Below the pieces are notes generated by a model, which saw nothing but the letters and a program-made list of their open reading frames with translations, did not search any database and was not told the origin of the DNA. From Gemmatimonadales bacterium (GTDB lineage: Bacteria; Gemmatimonadota; Gemmatimonadetes; Gemmatimonadales; GWC2-71-9): a stretch of DNA of 57,549 bases. The DNA is taken from positions 1 to 57,549 of the forward strand of contig JBOHSY010000312.1 in assembly GCA_050733355.1 (NCBI GenBank). The letters run 5' to 3'. Positions 11,945 to 22,401 of the stretch are shown piece after piece. The number at the start of each line of letters is the position of its first letter. The stretch's first letter is position 1. The translations under genes and the position numbers were made by a program.

Positions 11945-12331
11945 ATGTCTATCGCAGAAGGCCGCTCGCTTCCGTGGGTCGGCCCCGAGGCCATCGACTC
12001 CGCCGTCCTCGAGACGTTTCCCTACGAGGGACCGGAGCAAGAGGTGACCACGGTTACCCCCGAGTTCAGCGCCGTCTGCCCCTACAGCGGCCTGCCGGAT
12101 TACGCCGCGCTGACGATCCGCTACACGCCGTCCGATCGCTGCGTGGAGCTCAAGAGCCTCAAGTACTACATCACCAGCTACCGCAACGTCGGCATCTTCC
12201 AGGAGCACGCCACCGCCCGCATCGCGGAAGATCTCTTCCGTGTGCTGGCGCCGCGCCGGCTCGTCGTCTCCACGCGATACAACGTGCGGGGCGGGTTCGA
12301 GACCACCTGCAGCGTCACGCTCCCGGCCTGA
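11945..12331 (+). CDS. queF: NADPH-dependent 7-cyano-7-deazaguanine (preQ0) reductase, type I
   Basis: Catalytic Cys context FSAVCPYSGLPDY. QueF motif ELKSLKYYI. About 128 aa from MSIAEG. Confidence 0.88.
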   Translation: MSIAEGRSLPWVGPEAIDSAVLETFPYEGPEQEVTTVTPEFSAVCPYSGLPDYAALTIRYTPSDRCVELKSLKYYITSYRNVGIFQEHATARIAEDLFRVLAPRRLVVSTRYNVRGGFETTCSVTLPA

Positions 12332-12477
12332 TGGCTGCTTCGGGTGTGATGCGGGCCGCGCCGGGCCCACCGCCGGGGCGAGGTTGCGAGGGAGCCGGCG
12401 CGGAGTAGGTTGGAGTTACCCCGCACGTGGCCGCGCCACGAACGACGGCCCCCAGCACGACCGAGGACGACCGCACG

Positions 12478-13041
12478 ATGACGGACCTTCTGTTCAAGCT
12501 CGCCGAAGCGCTGGTGCTCTTCTACGCCGCGTCGTGGATCGCGCTTTATCTTCACGAGCTGGGACACGCGGCCGCGGCCCATGCGCTGGGCGTGCGGGTG
12601 TGGGGTATCCGTCTGGGTATCGGTCCGTCGCTCTTCGCGGGCTCGATCGGCGGATGCCGGCTGCAGCTCGGGCTGCTGCCGCTGGTCGGGGGAGTCGCGC
12701 TGGACGACGCCGACGCATCGGCCATCGGCTATCGGGACATCCGGTCCGGCTCCTGGCGCTTCGAGTGGGTCCGCGGCGCCTGGCGCGCCCCGGTGATCTC
12801 GGCGGCCGGCGGCGCCTGCAATCTGCTGGGCGTGCTGCTGGCGGCCGCATACTGGACGCTGGCCGGCGAACCGCCGATCGGCAGCCTCGGCGGCGACCTT
12901 GCCTTCTTCGTCGCGGCCGCGAACCTGTCGGGCTACTTCAATCTGGTGCCCTGCTTCTCCTCCGACGGCGTGCATCTCCTCGCGCACGTCGCCGCCGCCC
13001 GACGCTGCCAGCGCGGGGCCCCGCGTCCCTCGCTCTCGTAG
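12478..13041 (+). CDS. Minimal M50-like (site-2 protease family) membrane metalloprotease, no PDZ/CBS
   Basis: HELGH in the first TM region and FNLVPCFSSDG (NxxPxxxxDG-type second motif). About 187 aa from MTDLL. Confidence 0.6.
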   Translation: MTDLLFKLAEALVLFYAASWIALYLHELGHAAAAHALGVRVWGIRLGIGPSLFAGSIGGCRLQLGLLPLVGGVALDDADASAIGYRDIRSGSWRFEWVRGAWRAPVISAAGGACNLLGVLLAAAYWTLAGEPPIGSLGGDLAFFVAAANLSGYFNLVPCFSSDGVHLLAHVAAARRCQRGAPRPSLS

Positions 13042-13136
13042 CCTCGCCGCCCGACCGGTTCCGTCATATCATTGGCGTCATCTGAGCCGGGCCCCCGCGG
13101 CCCGGACGCGTCACCTCGCCCCCACCCCCCGAGGAA

Positions 13137-14444
<1,308 letters not shown>

Positions 14445-14458
14445 CGGAGCCCGGCACC

Positions 14459-14824
14459 TCACGCGGTCCGGCGCCCAGCGATGAACTTGCCCAGAACCCC
14501 GCCGAGTAGACCGCTGACCGCCGAGCCAACGGTTCCGAAGCCGAGCACGGCCGCGGGCACGTCGCCGAGCAGGTACGACACCAGGATGCCGAGGAAGGCG
14601 GAAATGCCGCCCGCGACCGCGCCACCGGCCGCGGCGGCGCCTGCTCCAGCCGGCCGCGCGAGAACCGCGTAAAACACTCCGGCGATCGCCGAGATCGACA
14701 TGCCGCCGGCGGCGAACAGATTGGCGACCGCGGGCGCGTAGTGGCCCGAGACTACCATGGCGAGCTGCAGCAATGTCCCGGCCACCGTGGCCGTGGCGAG
14801 CGGACGGCTGGGCCTGCCGGTCAT
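14459..14824 (-). CDS. Small Gly/Ala-rich integral membrane protein (121 aa)
   Basis: MTGRPSRPLATATVAG..., 3-4 predicted TM helices. Its ATG overlaps the stop of the upstream gene (ATGA at 14821-14824). Confidence 0.55.
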   Translation of the reverse strand: MTGRPSRPLATATVAGTLLQLAMVVSGHYAPAVANLFAAGGMSISAIAGVFYAVLARPAGAGAAAAGGAVAGGISAFLGILVSYLLGDVPAAVLGFGTVGSAVSGLLGGVLGKFIAGRRTA

Positions 14825-15438
14825 TGCTTGCCTCCCTTGGATGCGCTTGTCTCGGCCGTCAGCGCCGTCCAGTCCGCGGGCCCCACCGCGAACCGCCGAT
14901 GCAGTTGCTTCAGCGACCAGTCGTTGCCCCACTCGAAATGCCGGTACAACGTGTCGTACCCCGGGCCCGGCCGATACCCCACCATGGTCTCGATGACGCG
15001 CGTCCGCGTCGAATCGACCGCATCGAGCTCCAGCACGGTGTGGATCCCGGCGAGCAGCGCGCCGTGCTCGAATCCCGGCGTCGCGGACACGACCTGAAAG
15101 GACACCATCCGCTGGGGCACGTAGCTCAGATACCGACTGCGGATGTTGGCGGGATCCCCGATCCGGGCCTTCGGGTCGTAGCTGGATTCCATGATGCCCC
15201 CGACCCGGAGATCGGCCTGTGCCACGGGGACGGCCCAGCTGCGAAGGCCGTCGGACGTGGTGAGCGCCGTCCAGACTTCGCCGACGGAGGCAGGCACGAT
15301 CACCGACTGTTGCAGGACGCGAATGCTGTCCTGGTAGATGTAGGAGGTGTTCCGCACCTCCTGCGCGGCGAGCGGGCCGGCGGCGGGGCCGACGACGGCG
15401 AATGCGAGCGCAAGAACGGCGGATGAGCGCGGCAGCAT
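14821..15438 (-). CDS. Secreted SRPBCC/AHSA1-like domain protein
   Basis: Signal peptide MLPRSSAVLALAFAVVGPAAGPLAAQ. VPASVGEVWTALTTSDGLRSW fits the START/Aha1-like fold N-terminus. The rest of the 320-aa ORF upstream is artefact. Confidence 0.6.
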   Translation of the reverse strand: MLPRSSAVLALAFAVVGPAAGPLAAQEVRNTSYIYQDSIRVLQQSVIVPASVGEVWTALTTSDGLRSWAVPVAQADLRVGGIMESSYDPKARIGDPANIRSRYLSYVPQRMVSFQVVSATPGFEHGALLAGIHTVLELDAVDSTRTRVIETMVGYRPGPGYDTLYRHFEWGNDWSLKQLHRRFAVGPADWTALTAETSASKGGKQ

Positions 15439-15458
15439 GAGAGCCTCGGTGGTGAAGG

Positions 15459-16079
15459 TCAGACTGACCGGTCTGGTCGAGCGGCGCGAGCGTCCGCCTC
15501 CAGCCGGGTGACATAGTCGCGCAACCTGCGCACGCCCGCATCGAACGGGTGGAGCGTCCGGTGCGTGCGGGCTTGCATCACCCCACCCTCCATCGTCGTG
15601 AGAACGAAGATCGCGAGCTCCAGGCGGTCGAGATCGGCAGGGAGCCGGTCGCCAGCGTCGTCCAGGCAGCGCCGGATGGCGGCCGTCCAGGCATCGAAGT
15701 TCGCGGCGAGCAGCGCACGTACCGGCGGATCGGGCTCGTGGAACTCCAGCGCCAGGCTCCCGATGGGGCAGCCGTAGAAGCAATCGGTCTCCACCAGCAG
15801 CGAGCGATACTTCTCGAGCAGCGCGAAGATCCGCTCGATCGGGTCGGGCACGGCCTCCCAGATCGGGGCGAGGAGCATGGGGTAAAGCCCCTCGCGATAC
15901 CGGTCGAGCACCAGGACGAGCAAGTCCTGCTTGGTCGGAAAGAAGTGGTACAGGCTGCCGCTGTTGGCTTCCGCCTCGCGGAGGATATCGGCGATGCTGG
16001 TGGTGCCATACCCCTTCTCCCAGAAGAGGCGCATGGCGACATCCACCAGGCGTTCGCGGGTGCTGGGCGGTCCGGTCAT
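15459..16079 (-). CDS. TetR/AcrR family transcriptional regulator
   Basis: HTH region TRERLVDVAMRLFWEKGYGTTSIADILREAEANSGSLYHFFPTKQDLL. The start is taken at MTGPP (16079) because a 20-bp palindrome occupies 16084-16103. Confidence 0.8.
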   Translation of the reverse strand: MTGPPSTRERLVDVAMRLFWEKGYGTTSIADILREAEANSGSLYHFFPTKQDLLVLVLDRYREGLYPMLLAPIWEAVPDPIERIFALLEKYRSLLVETDCFYGCPIGSLALEFHEPDPPVRALLAANFDAWTAAIRRCLDDAGDRLPADLDRLELAIFVLTTMEGGVMQARTHRTLHPFDAGVRRLRDYVTRLEADARAARPDRSV

Positions 16080-16083
16080 GTTC

Positions 16084-16103
16084 TTGATTGAGCGCTCAAC
16101 CAA
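16084..16103. promoter_or_regulatory. 20-bp near-perfect palindrome, candidate TetR operator
   Basis: TTGATTGAGCGCTCAACCAA, with 18 of 20 positions self-complementary. It lies 5 nt upstream of the TetR ATG in the divergent gap with the kinase gene. Confidence 0.45.
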
Positions 16104-16211
16104 GCTACAGCAGACCGGCGTTTCGTCAAGAGGACCCGCTACCTACGCGCCGCGGCTGGTCCGAGGTTCGGCCCAGACCTATAGTTCACGCCACCTCTTC
16201 CCAACCCCCCC

Positions 16212-19200
16212 GTGACCGACGCGGCCCGTCCGTCTTTGAAGCTCGAAACCGCGCTGGCCGGTCGTTACCGGATCGAGGGCAAGCTCGGCGAAGGGGGCAT
16301 GTCGGTCGTCTTTCGCGCCCGCGACCTCCGGCACGACCGCGCGGTCGCGGTGAAGATGCTCCGCCCCGAGCTGTCCGCCGCACTCGGCTCCGAGCGCTTC
16401 TTGCGCGAGATCCGCATCATCGCCGGGCTGCAGCACCCCCACATCCTGCCGTTGCACGATTCGGGTGATGCGGACGGCAATCTCTACTACGTGATGCCGT
16501 TCGTCGAAGGCGAATCGCTCCGCCAGCGGCTGGATCGCGAGGGCGCGCTACCGCCCGCCGACGCAGTGCGGATCGCCCGGGAAGTGGCGAGCGCGCTGGA
16601 TTACGCGCACGCCCACGGCGTGGTGCATCGCGACATCAAGCCCGAGAACATCCTGCTGGCCGGTCCCCATGCGATCGTCGCCGATTTCGGCATCGCGCGG
16701 GCCGTGGACATGGCGAGCGGCGCATCCGCTACCGCCACCGGGATCGTCGTCGGGACGCCGGCGTACATGAGTCCGGAGCAGGCGGCGGGCGAGACGCTCG
16801 ACGGGCGGAGCGACCAGTACAGCCTCGCCTGCGTGATCTACGAGATGCTGAGCGGCGCAGCCCCGTTTGCCGGGACCACGCCGCGCGAGCTGATGGCCCG
16901 CCACGCGATCGAGCCGGTCCCGCCGCTCAGCTCGGTGAAGCCGGAGCTGCCGCCCGCGCTCAGCATCGCGCTCGCGCGCTCGCTCGAAAAGCATCCCGGG
17001 GTACGCTACGGCAGCGCCGGCTCGCTGGCCGCCGCCCTGGCGGGGACCGCCACACCGGCCGGTGCCACCACTCCGGTGCCGCTGCCGGCGGTCCCGCGGC
17101 CCCGCCCGCGCATCCGAACGATCGGCGTGCTCGGAATCCTGCTCGCGATGGCGCTCGGCGTGGCGCTGTGGGCCCTGCACGGCCGCTCGGCGCGCCGCAC
17201 CCCGCCGGTGCCTCCCACTGCGCCGGGCGCGGCGACGGCCATCGCGGTGCTCCCCTTCGCGGTCTCCGGTAGCGACACGCTCGGGCTCTCCGAAGGCATC
17301 GTGGGGCTGCTGGGGACCAAGCTCGATGGCGCGGGTGATCTGCGGGTAGTGGATCCCCGCGCGCTGCTGAGTCACGTCGGGCAGGAGCGCGCCCCGCGCC
17401 TCGGCCCCGACCAGGGACGCGCCGTGGCCCGGCATTTTGGTGCGGGGCTGTACGTCCTGGGCGACGTGGTCCAGATCCCGGGGCGCTTGCGGCTGAGCGC
17501 GGCCATGTACGTGCCCGACCGCGGCGAGGCGATCGCGCGGGCCGAAGCCGAGGGAGATGTCGGTCGGCTCTTCGAGCTGGTGGACGACCTCACCGCACAG
17601 CTCCTGGCGGGGTGGAGCGGACGCGAGTCGCGCGTCAGCGGCATCGCCGCCGTGACCACCTCCTCGCTGCCCGCGCTCAAAGCGTACCTCGAAGGCGAGG
17701 CCGCGCTCCGGGACGCCCGCTTCGACCAGGCGATCGACGGATTTCAGCGCGCCATCGCGACCGACTCGATGTTCGCACTCGCGTGGTACCGGTTGAGCGT
17801 CGCGGGTGAATGGCTCACGCGCGACGATCTCGCGGGACCCGCCGCCGAGCGAGCCGCCCAGCTAGCCGGGCGGCTGCCCGAGCGTGAGCGGCGTCTCCTC
17901 GAGGCGATGCGGTCGGGCCGTCGCGGCGCCTTCGATGAAGCGCTCACCCGTTATCAAGCGATCATCTCGACGTACCCCGAGGATGTCGAGGCGTGGATTC
18001 AGCTGGCTGAGCTCCAGTTCCACTTCGGGCCCTGGCGGGCCCAATCGGCAAGTGAGTCCCGGCCTGCCTGGGAGCGGGTCCTGGCGCTCGATCCCAGTCA
18101 GATCGCGGCGAGGGTGCACCTGGCCCGCATCGCGGCGATCGAAGGCCGTTCCGGCGCGGTGGACACGCTGGTGCGCGAGATCCTGGCGCTGCACAGCGCG
18201 CCGGGTCGCGCGCCGGGCACGCGCTCCGAGGATCTGGAGATGGAAACGCTGCGGGCCTTCTCGATCCGGGACACCGCCGAGCAACGGCGGGTGCTGGCCG
18301 AGCTGGCTCAGGCGAGCGACCTGACGGTGACGCTGTCAGCGTGGGCCGCCGCCTCGTTCGCGTACGATCTTCCCGGCGCGATCTCGGTCGCGAGAGTGCT
18401 GACGCAGCCGTCGCGCGGCGGCACGGCGCGAGCGGTCGGATCTCTCACCGTGGCGTTTCTCGAGGCGGCGCGCGGGCGCATCGGCGAAGCGCGGCGGCAG
18501 CTGGCGCTCGCGGAGGCCGCCGACCCCGAGCGGACCCGCACGGGGCCTGCACTGCTCGCGGTAGCCCCCTTCGTCCGCACGCCACCTGCCGAGCTGCGTC
18601 GGCTGCTGGCAAGGGCCGTCGCCGCGCCGCCACCCGGACCCGATGATGACCGCGCCGGCCTCAGCGTCTATTTTCGGCGCACCCCGCCGGCGCAGGACCG
18701 CCGCACCCGCCTCTATCTGGCTGGCGTGCTCTCCGCCCGTCTTGGCGACCGCGCGCGGGCGGCCCAGCGAGCGGAGGAGCTGTCCGCGCTGGCGCGCTCC
18801 GACTCCGGGTCGCTCGCCGCGGACTTCGCGCATGGCATCCGGGCGGAGCTCGCGATGACCCGGGGCAACGCCGAGGAGGCGCTCCGCGAGGTCGAGGGAA
18901 TGCGGCACGAGACGTACTACATCACCGCGTTCGCGTTCCCCGAGCTCTCCCAAGCTCGGGAGCGGTACTACCACGCCGAGGCGCTCGCGCGTCTCGGCCG
19001 ACCGGAGGAGGCGCTCCGGTGGTTCGGATCGTTCGCGGAGTTCTCGCCCTACGACATGTTGTACTCGGCGGTGGGGCATCGCCGCCGGGGCGAGATCCTC
19101 GAATCGCTGGGCCGGCGGGAGGCGGCGGCACAAGAGTACGCGCAGTTCATCGAGCTGTGGAAGGAGGCGGATCCGGAGCTGCAGCCGGCCGTGCGCGAAG

Positions 19201-19238
19201 CCCGTGTCGCAATGGGGAGACTGAGCAGTGAACGGTAA
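16212..19238 (+). CDS. Ser/Thr protein kinase with TM segment and large TPR-like C-terminal domain
   Basis: GEGGMSVVFRA, AVKML, HRDIKPENILL, DFG and SPEQ motifs. TM segment IGVLGILLAMALGVALWAL. C-terminal TPR-like repeats. GTG start. Confidence 0.85.
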   Translation: MTDAARPSLKLETALAGRYRIEGKLGEGGMSVVFRARDLRHDRAVAVKMLRPELSAALGSERFLREIRIIAGLQHPHILPLHDSGDADGNLYYVMPFVEGESLRQRLDREGALPPADAVRIAREVASALDYAHAHGVVHRDIKPENILLAGPHAIVADFGIARAVDMASGASATATGIVVGTPAYMSPEQAAGETLDGRSDQYSLACVIYEMLSGAAPFAGTTPRELMARHAIEPVPPLSSVKPELPPALSIALARSLEKHPGVRYGSAGSLAAALAGTATPAGATTPVPLPAVPRPRPRIRTIGVLGILLAMALGVALWALHGRSARRTPPVPPTAPGAATAIAVLPFAVSGSDTLGLSEGIVGLLGTKLDGAGDLRVVDPRALLSHVGQERAPRLGPDQGRAVARHFGAGLYVLGDVVQIPGRLRLSAAMYVPDRGEAIARAEAEGDVGRLFELVDDLTAQLLAGWSGRESRVSGIAAVTTSSLPALKAYLEGEAALRDARFDQAIDGFQRAIATDSMFALAWYRLSVAGEWLTRDDLAGPAAERAAQLAGRLPERERRLLEAMRSGRRGAFDEALTRYQAIISTYPEDVEAWIQLAELQFHFGPWRAQSASESRPAWERVLALDPSQIAARVHLARIAAIEGRSGAVDTLVREILALHSAPGRAPGTRSEDLEMETLRAFSIRDTAEQRRVLAELAQASDLTVTLSAWAAASFAYDLPGAISVARVLTQPSRGGTARAVGSLTVAFLEAARGRIGEARRQLALAEAADPERTRTGPALLAVAPFVRTPPAELRRLLARAVAAPPPGPDDDRAGLSVYFRRTPPAQDRRTRLYLAGVLSARLGDRARAAQRAEELSALARSDSGSLAADFAHGIRAELAMTRGNAEEALREVEGMRHETYYITAFAFPELSQARERYYHAEALARLGRPEEALRWFGSFAEFSPYDMLYSAVGHRRRGEILESLGRREAAAQEYAQFIELWKEADPELQPAVREARVAMGRLSSER

Positions 19239-19323
19239 GCGGTGAGCGGTGAGCGGGAGACGAGCCCGTGGGCCCGATTCTGCTGGGGGCCCCCTGCTTA
19301 CTGCTCACCGCTCACCATTTTTT
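19221..19323. repeat. Composite palindromic element E3 (GTGAGCG heptamers) with T6 tract; likely also the kinase-gene terminator
   Basis: Left arm is CTGAGCA GTGAACG GTAAGCG GTGAGCG GTGAGCG (19221-19255), and the kinase TAA (19236-19238) sits inside it. The core holds GGGCCC...GGGCCC. Right arm is CTGCTTA CTGCTCA CCGCTCA CC (19294-19316), then ATTTTTT running into the speA stop (19322-19324). Confidence 0.8.
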
Positions 19324-21283
19324 ACTGGTTTTCGCTCGCCATCTCCGCCTCCCGCGGGATGTCTCCCTCGAGATAGGTGTAGCCCTCCAGCCCGGCTACG
19401 TAGTCGGCGATGAAGCTGTTGGCGTCGTGCCGGCTCAGGTCCTTCGTCTTGGCCACTTTGCGCCGGAACGTCGCGAGCAGATCGGAGGCCTGGAACTGCA
19501 CGTAGTTGAGCACCTCGGTCACGGTGTCACCGTGCACGAGGTCGGTGATCTCGTACCCCTGCTCGGTGAGCCGGACGTGAACGGCGTTGGTGTCGCCGAA
19601 GAGGTTGTGCAGGTCGCCCAGGATCTCCTGGTATGCCCCGGTCAGGAAGATGCCCAGGATGTACGGCTCGCCCTCCAGGACCGGGTGCAGCTCGAGTGAC
19701 GGCTTCCCCTTCCGGCCGCCGCTGAAGCGGTCGATCACGCCGTCCGAGTCGCAGGTGATGTCCTGCAGCGTGCCGCGCCGGGTCGGCGGCTCGCGCAGGC
19801 GGTGGATCGGCACGATCGGGAAGATCTGGTCGATCGCCCAGTTGTCGGGCAGCGACTGGAAGACCGAGAAGTTGCAGAAATACCGGTCCACCAACGCCGA
19901 CTCGATGTGCCCGGCGATCTCGGGATAGGACGCCCGGTCGTCGGCGATGGCAGCCGCGAGCGCGTTGAGCGTCGCCAGGTAGAACTGCTCGGCGTCGGCC
20001 TTGTCCCGCAGGGTGAATACGCCGCTCGCGAAGTACTCCTGCGCCCGCTCCTTCGCGAACACCACGTCGTGGAACACTTCCTGGATCCGGTCGGGCGCGA
20101 CCGACTCGAGGTTCTCCGCCATCTCCACCAGCAGCGGGTGCGGCTCGGCCCGGAGCCTCGGGGCCGACGGGTCCGCCAGCGACTCCACCTCGATCACGTT
20201 CACCAGCAGCAGCGAATGGTGCGCCGTGATGGCCCGTCCCGACTCGGAGATGATGTTGGGCATGGGCAGCTCCTCGGTGCGGCACACCGTCCCGAGGGTG
20301 TAGACCACGTCGTTGGCGTACTCGCGGAGCGAGTAGTTGACGCTCGCCGGGCGGGTGGACCGCGAGCCGTCGTAGTCCACGCCCAGCCCGCCGCCGACGT
20401 CCACGTAGTCGAGGTGGTCGAAGCCCATGCCGCGGAGCTCGGCGTAATAGCGCCCGATCTCCTCCAGGCCCGCCTTGATGAACCGGATGTCGGGGATCTG
20501 GCTGCCCAGATGGAAGTGGACCAGCCGGAGGATGTCTTTCCGGCCGAGCGTATCGAGCCGGTCGAGCAGCTTCACGAGCTCGACTGCGCCCAGCCCGAAC
20601 TTGGACTTCTCGCCGCCGCTCTTGGCCCAGCGGCCCGAGCCCTCGGTGGCGAGCTTGATGCGGACGCCGACCGTCGGGTTGACTCCCATGTCGTCGGCCA
20701 CGCGGAACAGGACATCGAGCTCGCTGAGCTGTTCGAGCACGATCATCACCGCGTGGCCCAGGCGCTGGCCCATGAGCGCGAGCCGCATGAACTCCTCGTC
20801 CTTGTACCCGTTGCAGACGATGAGGTGGTTGGTGGTCTCGTTCTGGCCCAGCACGGCCATCAGCTCCGGCTTGCTGCCGCACTCGAGCCCGACGCCGTGC
20901 GGCGTGCCGAATTCCACGATCTCCTGCACGACGTGGCGCTGCTGGTTCACCTTGATCGGGTACACGGTCGTGTACTGACCGCCGTATCCGAACTCCTTGA
21001 TCGCGTTCTGGAACTGCGCCGCGAGCGCCTGGATGCGGGAGCGCAGGATGTCCGAGAAGCGCAGCAGCAGCGGCAGCCCGACGCCTTGCGCGTTCAGGTC
21101 GAGCGCGAGCTGGTAGAGGTCGAGCCCGCGCTTGGGATTTCCGTCGGGGTGGACGGTGACGTGCCCTTCGTCGTTGACCCGGAAATAGCCGAGTCCCCAC
21201 CCGCTCATGTTGTAGAGCTTCTCCGAATCCTTCGTGCTCCACGGTGCGAGGGGCGTCGAAACGATGGTAGCGATGGCTGGCAC
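19322..21283 (-). CDS. speA: Biosynthetic arginine decarboxylase
   Basis: N-terminus WSTKDSEKLYNMSGWGLGYFRVNDEGHVTV and full-length similarity to the SpeA (PLP fold-III) architecture. GTG start. Confidence 0.92.
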   Translation of the reverse strand: MPAIATIVSTPLAPWSTKDSEKLYNMSGWGLGYFRVNDEGHVTVHPDGNPKRGLDLYQLALDLNAQGVGLPLLLRFSDILRSRIQALAAQFQNAIKEFGYGGQYTTVYPIKVNQQRHVVQEIVEFGTPHGVGLECGSKPELMAVLGQNETTNHLIVCNGYKDEEFMRLALMGQRLGHAVMIVLEQLSELDVLFRVADDMGVNPTVGVRIKLATEGSGRWAKSGGEKSKFGLGAVELVKLLDRLDTLGRKDILRLVHFHLGSQIPDIRFIKAGLEEIGRYYAELRGMGFDHLDYVDVGGGLGVDYDGSRSTRPASVNYSLREYANDVVYTLGTVCRTEELPMPNIISESGRAITAHHSLLLVNVIEVESLADPSAPRLRAEPHPLLVEMAENLESVAPDRIQEVFHDVVFAKERAQEYFASGVFTLRDKADAEQFYLATLNALAAAIADDRASYPEIAGHIESALVDRYFCNFSVFQSLPDNWAIDQIFPIVPIHRLREPPTRRGTLQDITCDSDGVIDRFSGGRKGKPSLELHPVLEGEPYILGIFLTGAYQEILGDLHNLFGDTNAVHVRLTEQGYEITDLVHGDTVTEVLNYVQFQASDLLATFRRKVAKTKDLSRHDANSFIADYVAGLEGYTYLEGDIPREAEMASENQ

Positions 21284-21633
21284 TCCTGCTCAGGTGAACC
21301 CGCGCGAGCGCGCCGAAGCGCCCCTAAGTTGTCTCCCATGAGTTCCCCAGTCCACACCCGGGCCTCGGTCCGGTCGTGATCGTGGGCGACGGGCTCTCGT
21401 CCCCGGGCGGTGGGGCGCCGGGGCCGGGTTGAGCTCGGTCCTGTGGCGTCCCTGCTACATCCGGGGCGTGTCCCACAGGCAACGGTGGCCTCCGCGCCAC
21501 GCCCCTCCCCAACGCTAAGTCGCAGTGGCAGCAGCATTCGGGGGCGGCACGAACCTCGCACCCCGGTAGCGGTGCAACGCTAACATCCCGTATTGCAAAT
21601 AGTTGCACTACCGCGGTCAAAGCGAGGCTCGAC

Positions 21634-22320
21634 ATGTTCGCTCCCACGCTTACGTCTGTCCGCCGCCTGTCCCCGGCGCTCCGGGGTCAGCTCCAGGTCG
21701 CCTACGCGCGCGCCTGGCAGGCGCTGTCCGATACGCATTTCCAGCAGGCTGTCCTGTTCGCCCGCCGGGTGGCCGACCGGCTGGTGTTGGACGAGGCGCT
21801 CGACCGGTACTTCCGGGAGGTGGCCGTCCCGGTCGCCATGCAGGAGACGGTGCGCGCGCGGGCTCTTCTCGAGCTGGCCGACATGGTGCCCGGCGTTCTC
21901 AGCGACGCGGCCGCGGGCGACCCGTGGCGGCGTCTCCGCCCGGACCGCTTGATGGAGTCGGTACGCCGCCGGGCGCAGTGGGTCGAAGAGACGACCCTGC
22001 AGTGCCGCATGGCGGCGTGTCTCGCCGACGCGGCCGTCGCCGAAACCCACACGCGGATGGCGGTCGACGTCGCCCAGATGCTTGCCCATGCCATGCCGCC
22101 GGACGAGGCCGTGATGGTGTACGTGCGCACGTTCGATCTGCCGGCCCGAGACGGCGATGTGGTGTTCCGCGCCGCGCTCGCCCGGCTGGGCGAACGGCAG
22201 CTCGCGGCGGCCGGCGTGCCCCGGCTCGTTGCGGAGCCGGTGCCCGTGCCCGAGGCGCCGATGCCGGGCCCCGCGCTGCTGGCGCCGGTTCCCGCGTTCG
22301 GATTGAGGGTCCTCGGCTGA
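21634..22320 (+). CDS. Hypothetical protein (228 aa, Ala/Arg-rich helical)
   Basis: High GC3 in this frame, SD GCGAGG at 21622-27, followed by a strong terminator. No family recognised. Confidence 0.55.
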   Translation: MFAPTLTSVRRLSPALRGQLQVAYARAWQALSDTHFQQAVLFARRVADRLVLDEALDRYFREVAVPVAMQETVRARALLELADMVPGVLSDAAAGDPWRRLRPDRLMESVRRRAQWVEETTLQCRMAACLADAAVAETHTRMAVDVAQMLAHAMPPDEAVMVYVRTFDLPARDGDVVFRAALARLGERQLAAAGVPRLVAEPVPVPEAPMPGPALLAPVPAFGLRVLG

Positions 22321-22345
22321 AGCGTGCGCGGGCGCACGGCGCTGG

Positions 22346-22386
22346 GCCGGCCTCCGGGGACATCGTACCCGGAGGCCGGCTTCTTT
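22346..22386 (+). terminator. Strong intrinsic terminator
   Basis: Perfect 13-bp stem GCCGGCCTCCGGG (22346-22358) / CCCGGAGGCCGGC (22368-22380), 9-nt loop, then TTCTTT. Confidence 0.75.
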
Positions 22387-22401
22387 CGAGGGTAATCGCC
22401 A

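Noticed and set aside
13087-13105. Hairpin CCGGGCC-CCCGC-GGCCCGG upstream of gltA as a terminator.
   Set aside because: No U-tract follows, and such GC palindromes are expected by chance at this base composition.
21284-21633. Structured RNA or small ORF in the 350-nt speA / hypothetical-gene divergent gap (includes a 9-bp inverted repeat GTATTGCAA-ATAG-TTGCACTAC at 21590-21611).
   Set aside because: I could not match it to any riboswitch or leader I know. The ORFs there are short and Arg-rich. The inverted repeat may be an operator, but I have no supporting context.
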